In this document: positions 18,490-27,631 of the stretch, piece by piece | Position numbering within the stretch: the first letter of the stretch is position 1 | How the letters are laid out: every line of letters starts with the position of its first letter | Source: Candidatus Saganbacteria bacterium | GTDB lineage: Bacteria; Margulisbacteria; WOR-1; XYC2-FULL-46-14; WPAF01 | Direction: 5' to 3' | DNA length: 64,000 nt | Assembly: GCA_009772965.1 (NCBI GenBank) | Contig: WPAF01000001.1 | Span: forward strand, 78,639 to 142,638 | The notes under the pieces: model-generated | What the model was told of the DNA's origin: nothing | Databases searched by the model: none | The model's input: only the letters and a program-made list of their open reading frames with translations | Made by a program: the position numbers and the translations under genes

Positions 18490-19317
18490 TCATAATAAGT
18501 CTTGTCGGTTATCTTTTCTAATAAAAATATATCCTTTGGTGAAATTATCTCCGTTAGAATCCAATTGATAATCAAGGCTTTTAAAATTGGATAAATCAAT
18601 TCTGGCATTCTCATTAAATTTTTCCAGCATAATAAAACCTATGCTTTTCACAAATTCGATCAATTCCTCTTCATTAAAAATAATAACGGGCAACCCTTTA
18701 TTGCCCTCCATGCAAAGAAGTGTTTTATATTCTTTATTCTGACCGGCAGTGACCCCGCAAAAATAAAGAACTTTGGGCTGAAAGGAATTGATTGTTTCTT
18801 TTAATGCCTCTTGATAATTTTCGAAAAATTGGAGAGCTTGACGAAAAAATAGAATATCTATTTTATTAATTTTTTTAACATCAGTATAAAAAGACAGGGT
18901 TGAATTGCTTTTATATTTTTCCTTTGCAATACTAACGAGTTCTGCAACATCCAAAACGTTCCATTTTACATTGTTGGGCGAGGATAAATATTTTTCAACC
19001 CCCCAAAAAACCTGGCCAACAGAACCGCCATAATCTAACACTTCAATTTTGCTCATGGATGAGAGCAAATTTATCAAAACAATCAATTTTGCAATGCTTA
19101 TATCTTGGAAAGTTTCTTTGGAATATAATTCGGCCCTTCTGAAAAAATATTCCGCATATTTATCAGATGCATAACCATTTATAATTAATTCACTGGGAAC
19201 ATCAGAAAATTCCGCATATACCATGCCGTTAAATTGATTATGACGCTTCAGTCCTTTTTTATTCAGCTTTTTGTACACTATTTTAACTTTTTCTCTTAAT
19301 CTATCAAAAATTGGCAT
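18490..19317 (-). CDS. Hypothetical protein, possibly a SAM-dependent methyltransferase fold
   Basis: 275 aa; only a weak glycine-rich LDYGGSVG motif. The call is uncertain. Confidence 0.35.
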   Translation of the reverse strand: MPIFDRLREKVKIVYKKLNKKGLKRHNQFNGMVYAEFSDVPSELIINGYASDKYAEYFFRRAELYSKETFQDISIAKLIVLINLLSSMSKIEVLDYGGSVGQVFWGVEKYLSSPNNVKWNVLDVAELVSIAKEKYKSNSTLSFYTDVKKINKIDILFFRQALQFFENYQEALKETINSFQPKVLYFCGVTAGQNKEYKTLLCMEGNKGLPVIIFNEEELIEFVKSIGFIMLEKFNENARIDLSNFKSLDYQLDSNGDNFTKGYIFIRKDNRQDLL

Positions 19318-20347
19318 TTTTCAACTTCCTATTTTTAGCAATTAAAATCGCATAGTCTATCGCATCCAACAAGCTTTTCTCGTCGGCAAGACCTTTCCCC
19401 GCTTTTCCAAAGGCAGTTCCGTGATCCACAGATGTTCTTATGATAGGCAATCCCATCGTAATGTTTACCCCCCCCACCGATTTCCACTTTTCCCCATCCC
19501 AGTCAAACCCATAAAACTTCAACGGGATATGCCCCTGATCATGATACATTGCAACGATAATATCGTATGTGCCGCTTTTACCTTTAGGGAAAATAGTATC
19601 CGGCGGTATTGGTCCCTCAACTAACAAACCTTCAGATTTTGCCCTTTGGATAGCGGGAATAATTTCTTTGATTTCCTCATCCCCCATAATACCTCCATCC
19701 CCCGAATGCGGATTCAAACCGGCAACTGCTATTTTAGGCGAAGAGATCCCCAATTGTTGGCAAGCATCAAAAGCTATTTTTATGGTTTCATAGACTCTAT
19801 CCGCTTTAATAAGATATACCGCTTTTCTAAGAGGAACATGAGTAGTAACATGTATCACTCGAAGATTATCATGTGCTAGAAGCATGGCATAATGTTTGGT
19901 TCCGGTTAATGCGGCCAGCATTTCGGTATGGCCTCGATATTTTTTTCCGTATCCAGCAAGATCAAATGATTCTTTATGGATCGGAGCAGTAACAATTGCA
20001 TCCACTTCTTTCTTTAAAGCTAATTCAATGGCCTTTTCTATATATTGACCAGCAGCTCTGCCGCACGCCTCGTTCACTTTCCCATATTTAAGGCTACTGA
20101 CATCAACATTATTTAGGTCACAAACATCAATGACCCCGGGTTTAAATCCGGCATCCGCAACAGCTTCAACACTATTTACTTTCAGGTCAAGATTGCTAAA
20201 TTTTATAGCCTCAAGCATAGCACTTCTATCTCCTATCACCAGAGGACTGCATTTTGAATATGTCTCCCTATTATGCAAAGCCTTAGAAATAATTTCAGAA
20301 CCGATCCCCGCCGGATCCCCCATAGTTATACAAATAATTGGTTTCAT
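19304..20347 (-). CDS. PdxA-family NAD-dependent 4-hydroxythreonine-4-phosphate/4-phospho-hydroxyacid dehydrogenase
   Basis: 347 aa; ICITMGDPAGIGSEI N-terminus and HDQGHIPLKF metal-site region typical of PdxA/PdxA2. Confidence 0.8.
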   Translation of the reverse strand: MKPIICITMGDPAGIGSEIISKALHNRETYSKCSPLVIGDRSAMLEAIKFSNLDLKVNSVEAVADAGFKPGVIDVCDLNNVDVSSLKYGKVNEACGRAAGQYIEKAIELALKKEVDAIVTAPIHKESFDLAGYGKKYRGHTEMLAALTGTKHYAMLLAHDNLRVIHVTTHVPLRKAVYLIKADRVYETIKIAFDACQQLGISSPKIAVAGLNPHSGDGGIMGDEEIKEIIPAIQRAKSEGLLVEGPIPPDTIFPKGKSGTYDIIVAMYHDQGHIPLKFYGFDWDGEKWKSVGGVNITMGLPIIRTSVDHGTAFGKAGKGLADEKSLLDAIDYAILIAKNRKLKNANF

Positions 20348-21123
20348 AGTTTTTCTCCTTTAAAAATTGCCAATAATTCGCCATGTATTTTACTGTTTGA
20401 TGCAACAACCTGTTTGGAATTCATACCACAGGGATGTCCGGAGAAGTCAGTTAATTCGCCGCCTGCCTCTGTTAAAATTACTATACCGGCTGCTATATCG
20501 CAAATCTTGGTTGCATTCCATACTCTTCCATCAATTTTGCCTGAAGCAATAAAGCATAGATCTCTGGTAGCTACCCCAAGGATCCTAGTGGTAAAAGCTC
20601 TCTCCGTCAATGTTTTATAATACTTAAAGGAATTTTCAGATAAATGAAACTGGTTATCATAGTTGACGATAGCCTTGGAAAGAACTCCATTGTCTGATAC
20701 GGAAATCGGTTCTCCATTACAAAAAGCTCCTTGCCCCCGCACTGCATAATATAATTCATTCTCCATAGGGAAATAGATAACTCCTAAATCAAATCTATCC
20801 CCTTCCATTAGAGCTATAGAGATGCCACTAAAAGGAAGACCTGCAATATAATTATGTGTGCCATCAATAGGATCGATGATCCAATTTTTGTCTCCCTTTA
20901 CATTCGAAAATCTTTTTTCTTCTGTAATAATTCCGCAAGAGGGGAAACCCCTACCCAATATTGCACATATCACTTCTTGAGATTTCATATCTACTTCTGA
21001 AACCATTTCCTTTGGAGATTTACGAATAATCCGATAATCTTTTTTAAAATTTGCTTTTAATATCTCACCCGCTGTCTTGGCCGCGTTAATAGCAATATCT
21101 AGGGCTTGATTGTCATCTTTCAT
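20344..21123 (-). CDS. Inositol-monophosphatase-family phosphatase
   Basis: 259 aa; EEKR, WIIDPIDGTHNY and CDIAAG motifs. Confidence 0.8.
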   Translation of the reverse strand: MKDDNQALDIAINAAKTAGEILKANFKKDYRIIRKSPKEMVSEVDMKSQEVICAILGRGFPSCGIITEEKRFSNVKGDKNWIIDPIDGTHNYIAGLPFSGISIALMEGDRFDLGVIYFPMENELYYAVRGQGAFCNGEPISVSDNGVLSKAIVNYDNQFHLSENSFKYYKTLTERAFTTRILGVATRDLCFIASGKIDGRVWNATKICDIAAGIVILTEAGGELTDFSGHPCGMNSKQVVASNSKIHGELLAIFKGEKL

Positions 21124-22654
21124 TTATTATCACCTTGGACTTTTCTCTTAGATCTTTTTTCAGCAGCTTTCCCGAATGGGTTTGAGGAATGCTTGCAACT
21201 ATTTCAATCACTTTGGGGAGTTTAAGCGCGGATAAATACTTTTTGCAGTGTTCCAATATTTCTTCCGATTCTATTAAACAATTATCTCTTAAGACAATAA
21301 AGCTCTTTATTTCCTCGCCAAAGAGGTCGTCGGGCATTCCTATTGTGGCCGCTTCTTTCACAGCTGGATTCAACAATAAAACCTCATCAATTTCGCCTGG
21401 CATTACATTGGATCCGCCTTTGATTATTAAATCTTTTTTCCTGTCAACAAAATAGTAAATCCCCTGCTCGTTTTTATAGCCCAAGTCGCCCGTATGGAAA
21501 AAGCCGTTCCTCATAACTTCTTTATATAATTTTTCATTCTTGTAATATCCCACAAAGACATTTGCTCCCTTAACTACAATTTCCCCAATTTCATTTGGAG
21601 ACAACTCCCGATCATTCTCATCAACAATTTTTACTTCGTTCACATCCAATGGGACGCCAATTCTGCCAGGCTCCCAATCGGGTTTTCGTGGATCATCGAT
21701 ATGAGTGGGCCCTGTTTCAGATAAACCATAAAGGTTTGCCGTTTTTAACCCGAATTTCTTCTCAAATTCAATTTGGATGCTTTTCTGTAGAGGTGCTGAC
21801 CCGCAGCCAACAAACTTCATAGAGGAGACATCACAACCTTTTGTATCTTGGTAGATATTCAAAATTGAATATAAAACCGTGGGTACCACCTCCATATAGT
21901 TAACGCGTTCTTTTTGAATCAGCTCCCAGATCCTGTTCCTTATCTGCCAAAATGATTCTGCTAAAATCATTTTTCCGCCAGCATACATGCAGGGTAAAAA
22001 AGAGTAGTTTGTGGAAGCGGTATGTCCTAAAGGAAGAAATACAAGATGTACTTCATTATCATTCATAAAATCAAAGCCGCGGCAAACGGAACTAATATCA
22101 GCGATCATATTCTTATGAGAGAACAATACCCCTTTAGGGTCGCCGGTGGTCCCGGAAGAATAATACAAACATGCGGGACAATTTTCGTCGATTTCCACCC
22201 TTGCCCGCAAACTATCCGCATGGACTTCTAAACTTTTTTCAAACAACCTTTCTTCCCCAACCGGGACTTCCACAAAACTCGCCCGTTCCCCCGCAAACTC
22301 ATTAAATCTTCTAGCATCCACCAACACAATGCTTGGGCCAACATAGCTGATATTTTTTTTCACTTCTTCCTTATGAGAAGTAAACGGCATAGGATTAAAT
22401 ATCGCGCCAATTCTTAGCGCGGCAAAATATAAAAAACAATACTCGGGCGAGTTTTCAATGAGCGCGGTAATTCTATCCCCTCTTTCTATCCCTTTTGAAA
22501 GCAAATAATTCGAGGCTTTTTCAACAATTAGATTGAATTCTTTAAAGTAGTAACATCTTCCAGAACGCACATCAGATATAAAAACCTTATCAGGATTTAT
22601 TCTACTTTGATAATAAAGAACTTCGGAAAAATTCTTACAATCTTTAAGTTCCAT
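21113..22654 (-). CDS. AMP-binding (adenylate-forming) acyl-CoA/ACP ligase
   Basis: 513 aa; LYYSSGTTGDPKGV AMP-binding motif, YGLSETG, C-terminal GK. Confidence 0.85.
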   Translation of the reverse strand: MELKDCKNFSEVLYYQSRINPDKVFISDVRSGRCYYFKEFNLIVEKASNYLLSKGIERGDRITALIENSPEYCFLYFAALRIGAIFNPMPFTSHKEEVKKNISYVGPSIVLVDARRFNEFAGERASFVEVPVGEERLFEKSLEVHADSLRARVEIDENCPACLYYSSGTTGDPKGVLFSHKNMIADISSVCRGFDFMNDNEVHLVFLPLGHTASTNYSFLPCMYAGGKMILAESFWQIRNRIWELIQKERVNYMEVVPTVLYSILNIYQDTKGCDVSSMKFVGCGSAPLQKSIQIEFEKKFGLKTANLYGLSETGPTHIDDPRKPDWEPGRIGVPLDVNEVKIVDENDRELSPNEIGEIVVKGANVFVGYYKNEKLYKEVMRNGFFHTGDLGYKNEQGIYYFVDRKKDLIIKGGSNVMPGEIDEVLLLNPAVKEAATIGMPDDLFGEEIKSFIVLRDNCLIESEEILEHCKKYLSALKLPKVIEIVASIPQTHSGKLLKKDLREKSKVIINER

Positions 22655-22659
22655 TATTT

Positions 22660-23067
22660 TTATTTCTTCTCCTTTTCAACAAGTTCAACTAGTTCTTTTT
22701 CAGATGTATAAAGCCAAACTGTTAATTGATCCTTGTGTCCTTTACCAGGAACAGGCTCCCCAAATATAAGAGAGCCCTTTGCCCTTAAGGTTTTAATTGC
22801 TTCATGTATATCATCAACCTCAAAACAAAGATGATGCAACCCTCCACCCTGTGACAGAAACTTACTCACAGGAGAATCTTCACTAACCGGTTTTATTAGC
22901 TCTATGGTTAAATCCCGCCCAAGGCCCATTTCCACAAAACAAACCTCCACCTTTTGGATTGGATCTATGACCGGCTCATCCAATTTTGAAAAGCCAAAAG
23001 TGCTTTTGTAGTATTCAACCGCTTCTTCTAAATTACTTACGACCTTACCAATATGATGCAATCTCAT
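22660..23067 (-). CDS. VOC-family protein (glyoxalase / methylmalonyl-CoA-epimerase-like)
   Basis: 135 aa; MRLHHIGKVVSNLEEAVEYY start typical of VOC/MCE fold proteins. Confidence 0.65.
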   Translation of the reverse strand: MRLHHIGKVVSNLEEAVEYYKSTFGFSKLDEPVIDPIQKVEVCFVEMGLGRDLTIELIKPVSEDSPVSKFLSQGGGLHHLCFEVDDIHEAIKTLRAKGSLIFGEPVPGKGHKDQLTVWLYTSEKELVELVEKEKK

Positions 23068-24054
23068 TTAAAATATCTCCGTCGAATCACCCATGGTAAA
23101 ATACCAACTTTTTTTATCTTTAACTTCACCCGCATATTTAAATTCTTTGTTTAAACGAATAACAAGAGGAATTCTCGTAGCTTCCTTAATAAATCCTTTG
23201 CCTTCTAAGACCTGCTCGATGAGCCGACTGCCCCATAGCCAACAGGTAACCTCATCAACCTTTTGTTCGCTAAAAAAGCTTAAAGAACCATTAATAATCT
23301 TGGTTATGGTATCTTCATCATGAAGATCAGCAAAAATATCTATTATATGTCCCCTTAAAAGCTTATCCTCTCTATACAGCTTCAAAACCGAATAACCCTT
23401 AAGCTCACCATTAGCATAAACTCCAAATGGATAATACTTCCAATCTGGCCTTTCCAAATATCGCCAATTTAAATAAGCTTTATTTCTAACAACTACAATC
23501 TTATACTTTTCGGAACATAAATCCCAAAGCCGATCAAAATCATCATCAAATTCCTTGACCGGACGGAAAGAAGCTGAATCAGTAATATTTAACGTGCTTT
23601 TATCTATGGCCGGTCTTGTTATTTTCCAGGTATCAAACTCAATCAGATCCTCATATCCCATATGAGTTCTATGCACACGATAAGCTTTTTCATTTGGGAA
23701 ACCATATGTAAAAGGAATATTATTTTGTGCTGCCTCTTCGAATAATTTATCACCAACAAATTTCAACAGTCCCCTATTCTGATATTTTGGTTCGACCATA
23801 GCACCTATTGAATGTGAAGCGACCAATTCCTCATCAAAAACTTGCAGTCGATAAGGAACAACAGCAAAATGGGCAACAATATTATTTCCTTCTTCCATAA
23901 CCCAAATAAATGATTTTCCTGCCGGATTCTGATCGGAATACTTCCAGTACCAATTACTTAATTCCCTTCTATTCCAGGGATGTACTTCTAATCTTCGATC
24001 TAATTCCCAAAGTTTTATTTCGTCGCCTTCTTTATAGAGCCGTATTTTCATCAT
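23068..24054 (-). CDS. Hypothetical protein, possible FemAB/CelD-like GNAT-fold acyltransferase
   Basis: 328 aa; region ...AMVEPKYQNRGLLKFV weakly resembles the GNAT motif A. Weak call. Confidence 0.35.
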   Translation of the reverse strand: MMKIRLYKEGDEIKLWELDRRLEVHPWNRRELSNWYWKYSDQNPAGKSFIWVMEEGNNIVAHFAVVPYRLQVFDEELVASHSIGAMVEPKYQNRGLLKFVGDKLFEEAAQNNIPFTYGFPNEKAYRVHRTHMGYEDLIEFDTWKITRPAIDKSTLNITDSASFRPVKEFDDDFDRLWDLCSEKYKIVVVRNKAYLNWRYLERPDWKYYPFGVYANGELKGYSVLKLYREDKLLRGHIIDIFADLHDEDTITKIINGSLSFFSEQKVDEVTCWLWGSRLIEQVLEGKGFIKEATRIPLVIRLNKEFKYAGEVKDKKSWYFTMGDSTEIF

Positions 24055-25107
24055 TTATTCCAACATGCCTTCTTGAATTACATCTTCTTTATCAATATCT
24101 ACTTTTACTTTTCTGCCAACAATCAAGCCCAGATTCTTTGGTTCAATTCCGGTTCCAGGCCTGGTCATTTTTAGTTTCTCCCGACTCAACTGCTCACCTT
24201 TATTGATCCTGCATCTGGCTACAATACTTCTTCTTATTATCTTTCTGGCATCCAATTCCGCTTGAGACAAATTTCTTTGATAAGAGCCTAACGATTTTTC
24301 AACTTCTCTCACTGCTCTCACAAGTTCCTGCATGCCACTTGGTTCAAGTGCAAAAGGATGATCTGGACCTTCCATCTTTCGATCAAGAGTTATATGTTTT
24401 TCAATAATGCAGGCTCCCAAAGCTATGGAAGCCATTGCCATATAGTTATCAGGGCTGTGGTCAGAAAACCCTACCGGTAATCCAAAAGTCTTAATCAAGG
24501 TTACGATGTTCTTAAGATTTACCACTTCGGGATTGGGAGGATAACAAGATACGCAATGAAGCAGAGCAATTTGATCGTTTCCGTTCCTTAATATGGTTTC
24601 TACCGCTTCTTCTATTTCCCGTAAATAAGACATGCCGGTAGACAAAATAATAGGCTTTTTAAATTTAGCCAGCTCGCCTAAAAAATCCAAATAAGCAACA
24701 TCTATAGAAGCAATCTTAAAAACCGGAGGATCGAACTGCATGATAAACTCAGCATCCTTAATTGAGTGGACAGTAGAGAAAACATCCAATTCTTTATCCC
24801 TTGCATATTCAAACATTTCCTTAAACCATTCCCGCGGCATCAAAATCCGGTCTCTGGCAACCTCCCACCATGGCTGGTAGCCATAGTCCTTTTCATAGGC
24901 AACGTCACGGGTTGTAATTTTGCCGCTGAATACTTCTAATGGTTCATAAGTTTGGAACTTTATAGCATCAAAACCTGCATCCGATGCAGTATCAATCATC
25001 TTTCTGACAATTGTCTTGTCTAAATTATGATTAGAGCCTATCTCTGCAATAATATAGGTTGGATATTCTGGCTCGATTATTTTTTTATTGATCATTATTT
25101 TTTTCAT
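24055..25107 (-). CDS. Nonulosonic acid synthase (NeuB/PseI/LegI family; PEP condensing enzyme with SAF domain)
   Basis: 350 aa; YIIAEIGSNHN...AIKFQTY NeuB signature and C-terminal SAF-like region. Confidence 0.85.
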   Translation of the reverse strand: MKKIMINKKIIEPEYPTYIIAEIGSNHNLDKTIVRKMIDTASDAGFDAIKFQTYEPLEVFSGKITTRDVAYEKDYGYQPWWEVARDRILMPREWFKEMFEYARDKELDVFSTVHSIKDAEFIMQFDPPVFKIASIDVAYLDFLGELAKFKKPIILSTGMSYLREIEEAVETILRNGNDQIALLHCVSCYPPNPEVVNLKNIVTLIKTFGLPVGFSDHSPDNYMAMASIALGACIIEKHITLDRKMEGPDHPFALEPSGMQELVRAVREVEKSLGSYQRNLSQAELDARKIIRRSIVARCRINKGEQLSREKLKMTRPGTGIEPKNLGLIVGRKVKVDIDKEDVIQEGMLE

Positions 25108-25120
25108 TTATTACTCCTAC

Positions 25121-26128
25121 TCATTTCAATACTTCTTCTACTGCTTTTTTAATGTCTACGACTTGCGGCAAAACTGCATCTTCTAAAATTTTAGTATTTG
25201 CTATCGGCACATTTTTGGCGGCTACTCTTTTAACTGGTGATTCCAATAATTCAAAACCATCATTTATTACTTGGGCTGCCATCTCAGCGCCCCATCCATT
25301 AAACAATGTCCCTTCTTCAACAATAACAAGTCTTCCTGTCTTTTCGACTGATTCCAATATTTCTGGCATAGATGCTTTATTAATATAACTGGGAACAATT
25401 ATTTCCGAAGTGACCTCATCTTCCAATAGCAATTCATTCAACGCAACCGTCACCCAAGGTAACATACCACCATAGGTCAAAACTGTCACTTGATGTTCTT
25501 TAAAATCATTATTCGACAAAATAATGGTCTCATATTCATCTTTACTTTTTCTGGCAGAATAATCAAAAATATGTCCGTTCTCTAATTCATCAATTTCCCG
25601 GGTGTACAAAACCTTGTTTTCAATAAAAAGAACCGGATCATTATCTTCAATCGCCTTGATTAGCTGCTCACCAGGATCATGAAAGTGACTGGGCGCAATA
25701 ATCTTTAATCCTGGAATGCCTAAAAACAACTTTTCCAGAGTTTGACTGTGGGTGGGGCCATAGCCTCTACGCCCCCCCATGGGAGTCCTGATAACCATGG
25801 GAACTGTTACTTTCCCTTTATACATCCAACCAAATTTTGTTGCATGATTAATAAGTTGATCGGCACATAATGTCAAAAAATCCCCAAACATTATCTCAAG
25901 TATCGGTCTTATTCCCCTCATTGCTAAGCCAGCAGCTAAGCCAGTCAATGCCCATTCGCTCATGGGAGTATTTATAACTTGATCGGGATATTTCGTTGAC
26001 AAACCTTTTGTTATTTTAAAAGCTCCTCCATAAGGGTCACAGACATCTTCCCCAAGGAGGATAACATTCTTGTCTTTCTTTAATTTATAATCTAATGCCT
26101 GACTAATTGATTGTGCATAGGTAATCAT
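25121..26128 (-). CDS. ThDP-dependent 2-oxoacid dehydrogenase E1 beta-like subunit, pair 3
   Basis: 335 aa; ..NTPMSEWALTGLAAGLA.. transketolase-like pyrimidine-binding domain. Confidence 0.8.
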   Translation of the reverse strand: MITYAQSISQALDYKLKKDKNVILLGEDVCDPYGGAFKITKGLSTKYPDQVINTPMSEWALTGLAAGLAMRGIRPILEIMFGDFLTLCADQLINHATKFGWMYKGKVTVPMVIRTPMGGRRGYGPTHSQTLEKLFLGIPGLKIIAPSHFHDPGEQLIKAIEDNDPVLFIENKVLYTREIDELENGHIFDYSARKSKDEYETIILSNNDFKEHQVTVLTYGGMLPWVTVALNELLLEDEVTSEIIVPSYINKASMPEILESVEKTGRLVIVEEGTLFNGWGAEMAAQVINDGFELLESPVKRVAAKNVPIANTKILEDAVLPQVVDIKKAVEEVLK

Positions 26129-26723
26129 TTAATTTCCTCTCCAGACAAATCTCAACTTCATTCGCTGAGTATTTATATCCCTCTTTCCCCAACGAAGTTA
26201 AAAAATCCTCGTGTTTTCTTTTAAGACGATAAGCAGGTTCCTTTGAGGGATGTTTCAAATATTTATTAATAATTTCCATTCTCGGGTTAATAAGCAAGGA
26301 GCCCTGATAAAAAAGAAGTTTTTGTTCTCTATACATCGAAGAACCTAAAATTTTATTTTCATTTATGCAGATATCTGATATACCCTTTTTACTCAAACCA
26401 TCAATATTTAAATCCCTAAGCCCTTGAACTATTAATTCATTTATCTGATTGAAATATAATTGATTGCCAAAATCACTCTCTACGAATTTAGCAATAGAAA
26501 TTATCAATACCCCTTCAGTTAGAACCACCGCACCACCACCACCCAACCTCCTTAATATCTTAATGTTGTCTTTTTTGGCTCTGCTAACAAAAACCTCAAT
26601 TTCCGGTTTGTTTGCCCTACCTAGAACGATAACAGTATCGAGTGCTGCCCAAATCCTAATCCTGTATTTCCCATCTTTCTTAACCAGTCCTATCATATCT
26701 TTCATATCTTTGTTAAAATTCAT
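26103..26723 (-). CDS. Short lipoate-protein ligase / octanoyltransferase family protein (BPL_LplA_LipB catalytic domain)
   Basis: 206 aa; RRLGGGGAVVLTEG resembles the LplA/LipB RRxxGGGAV motif. It sits between the E1alpha and E1beta genes. Confidence 0.6.
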   Translation of the reverse strand: MNFNKDMKDMIGLVKKDGKYRIRIWAALDTVIVLGRANKPEIEVFVSRAKKDNIKILRRLGGGGAVVLTEGVLIISIAKFVESDFGNQLYFNQINELIVQGLRDLNIDGLSKKGISDICINENKILGSSMYREQKLLFYQGSLLINPRMEIINKYLKHPSKEPAYRLKRKHEDFLTSLGKEGYKYSANEVEICLERKLNDYLCTIN

Positions 26724-27631
26724 TGAAATAACCCCTCATAGATGCTATCAATTTTTGGAAAATCAGCTTTACTAGCTTTTTCTACAGCTGATTCTATTCT
26801 ACTTGCACACTTTTCACGTATTGAATTTTTTACATCTTTATCCAAACGAGCCCCTAAAATGGTCAGAGGGTCTTTATCTTTCCATCCTATTTCTTCTTCC
26901 CTGGTTCTATAATTACAATCATCGCTTTTACTGTGTCCACACTGTCGATAAGTATTTATAACTAAAAAATGCGGCCTTGACTGCTTTCTAACACCATCGG
27001 CAATCTTTTCAAAAGAGGAATAAATTACTTCAACATCGTTTGTATTCAATTCTTGTGCTTCTATGCCAAAAGCTTTTGCCCGATCAATCATGCTCCCTGC
27101 CACTCCACAGGAAATATGCGTGCTCATTGCATAATAATTATTTTCTAAAACATACACTATAGGCAGTTTCCAAAGTGAAGCCATATTTAAAGATTCATAA
27201 AGCACTCCTTCGCCTAAAGCTCCGTCACCAAAAAAAGATATTACAATTCTCTCGCTTTTCTTCAATTTTTCAGCCAATGCCATTCCGGTCGCAACTGCGG
27301 TCATACCGCCGGTAATTCCGTTGGCATAAAAATCCCCTTTGCATAAATGCTGACTCCCGCTGCGTCCCGCACATATCCCCGTAGCTTTTCCCATAAGTTC
27401 AGCCATTAATCCATCAACATCATCTGTAGAAGCAATAAAATGACCATGCCCCCTATGATTACTGGTAATAATATCGCCTTCGTTCATTGCCTGAGTTATG
27501 CCAACAGCAACAGCTTCTTGGCCGATACAAGCATGGGTGGTTCCAAAAAGTATCCCTTGAGTAAAAAGTTCTTCTATCTTTTCTTCAAAAAGTCTGATTA
27601 AAAGCATTTGCTCAAAGAATTTTTTTCTCAT
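26720..27631 (-). CDS. ThDP-dependent 2-oxoacid dehydrogenase E1 alpha-like subunit, pair 3
   Basis: 303 aa; GQEAVAVG...NHRGHGH and FFGDGALGEGVLYESLN..LENNYYAMST motifs as in PDH E1alpha. Confidence 0.8.
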   Translation of the reverse strand: MRKKFFEQMLLIRLFEEKIEELFTQGILFGTTHACIGQEAVAVGITQAMNEGDIITSNHRGHGHFIASTDDVDGLMAELMGKATGICAGRSGSQHLCKGDFYANGITGGMTAVATGMALAEKLKKSERIVISFFGDGALGEGVLYESLNMASLWKLPIVYVLENNYYAMSTHISCGVAGSMIDRAKAFGIEAQELNTNDVEVIYSSFEKIADGVRKQSRPHFLVINTYRQCGHSKSDDCNYRTREEEIGWKDKDPLTILGARLDKDVKNSIREKCASRIESAVEKASKADFPKIDSIYEGLFQ

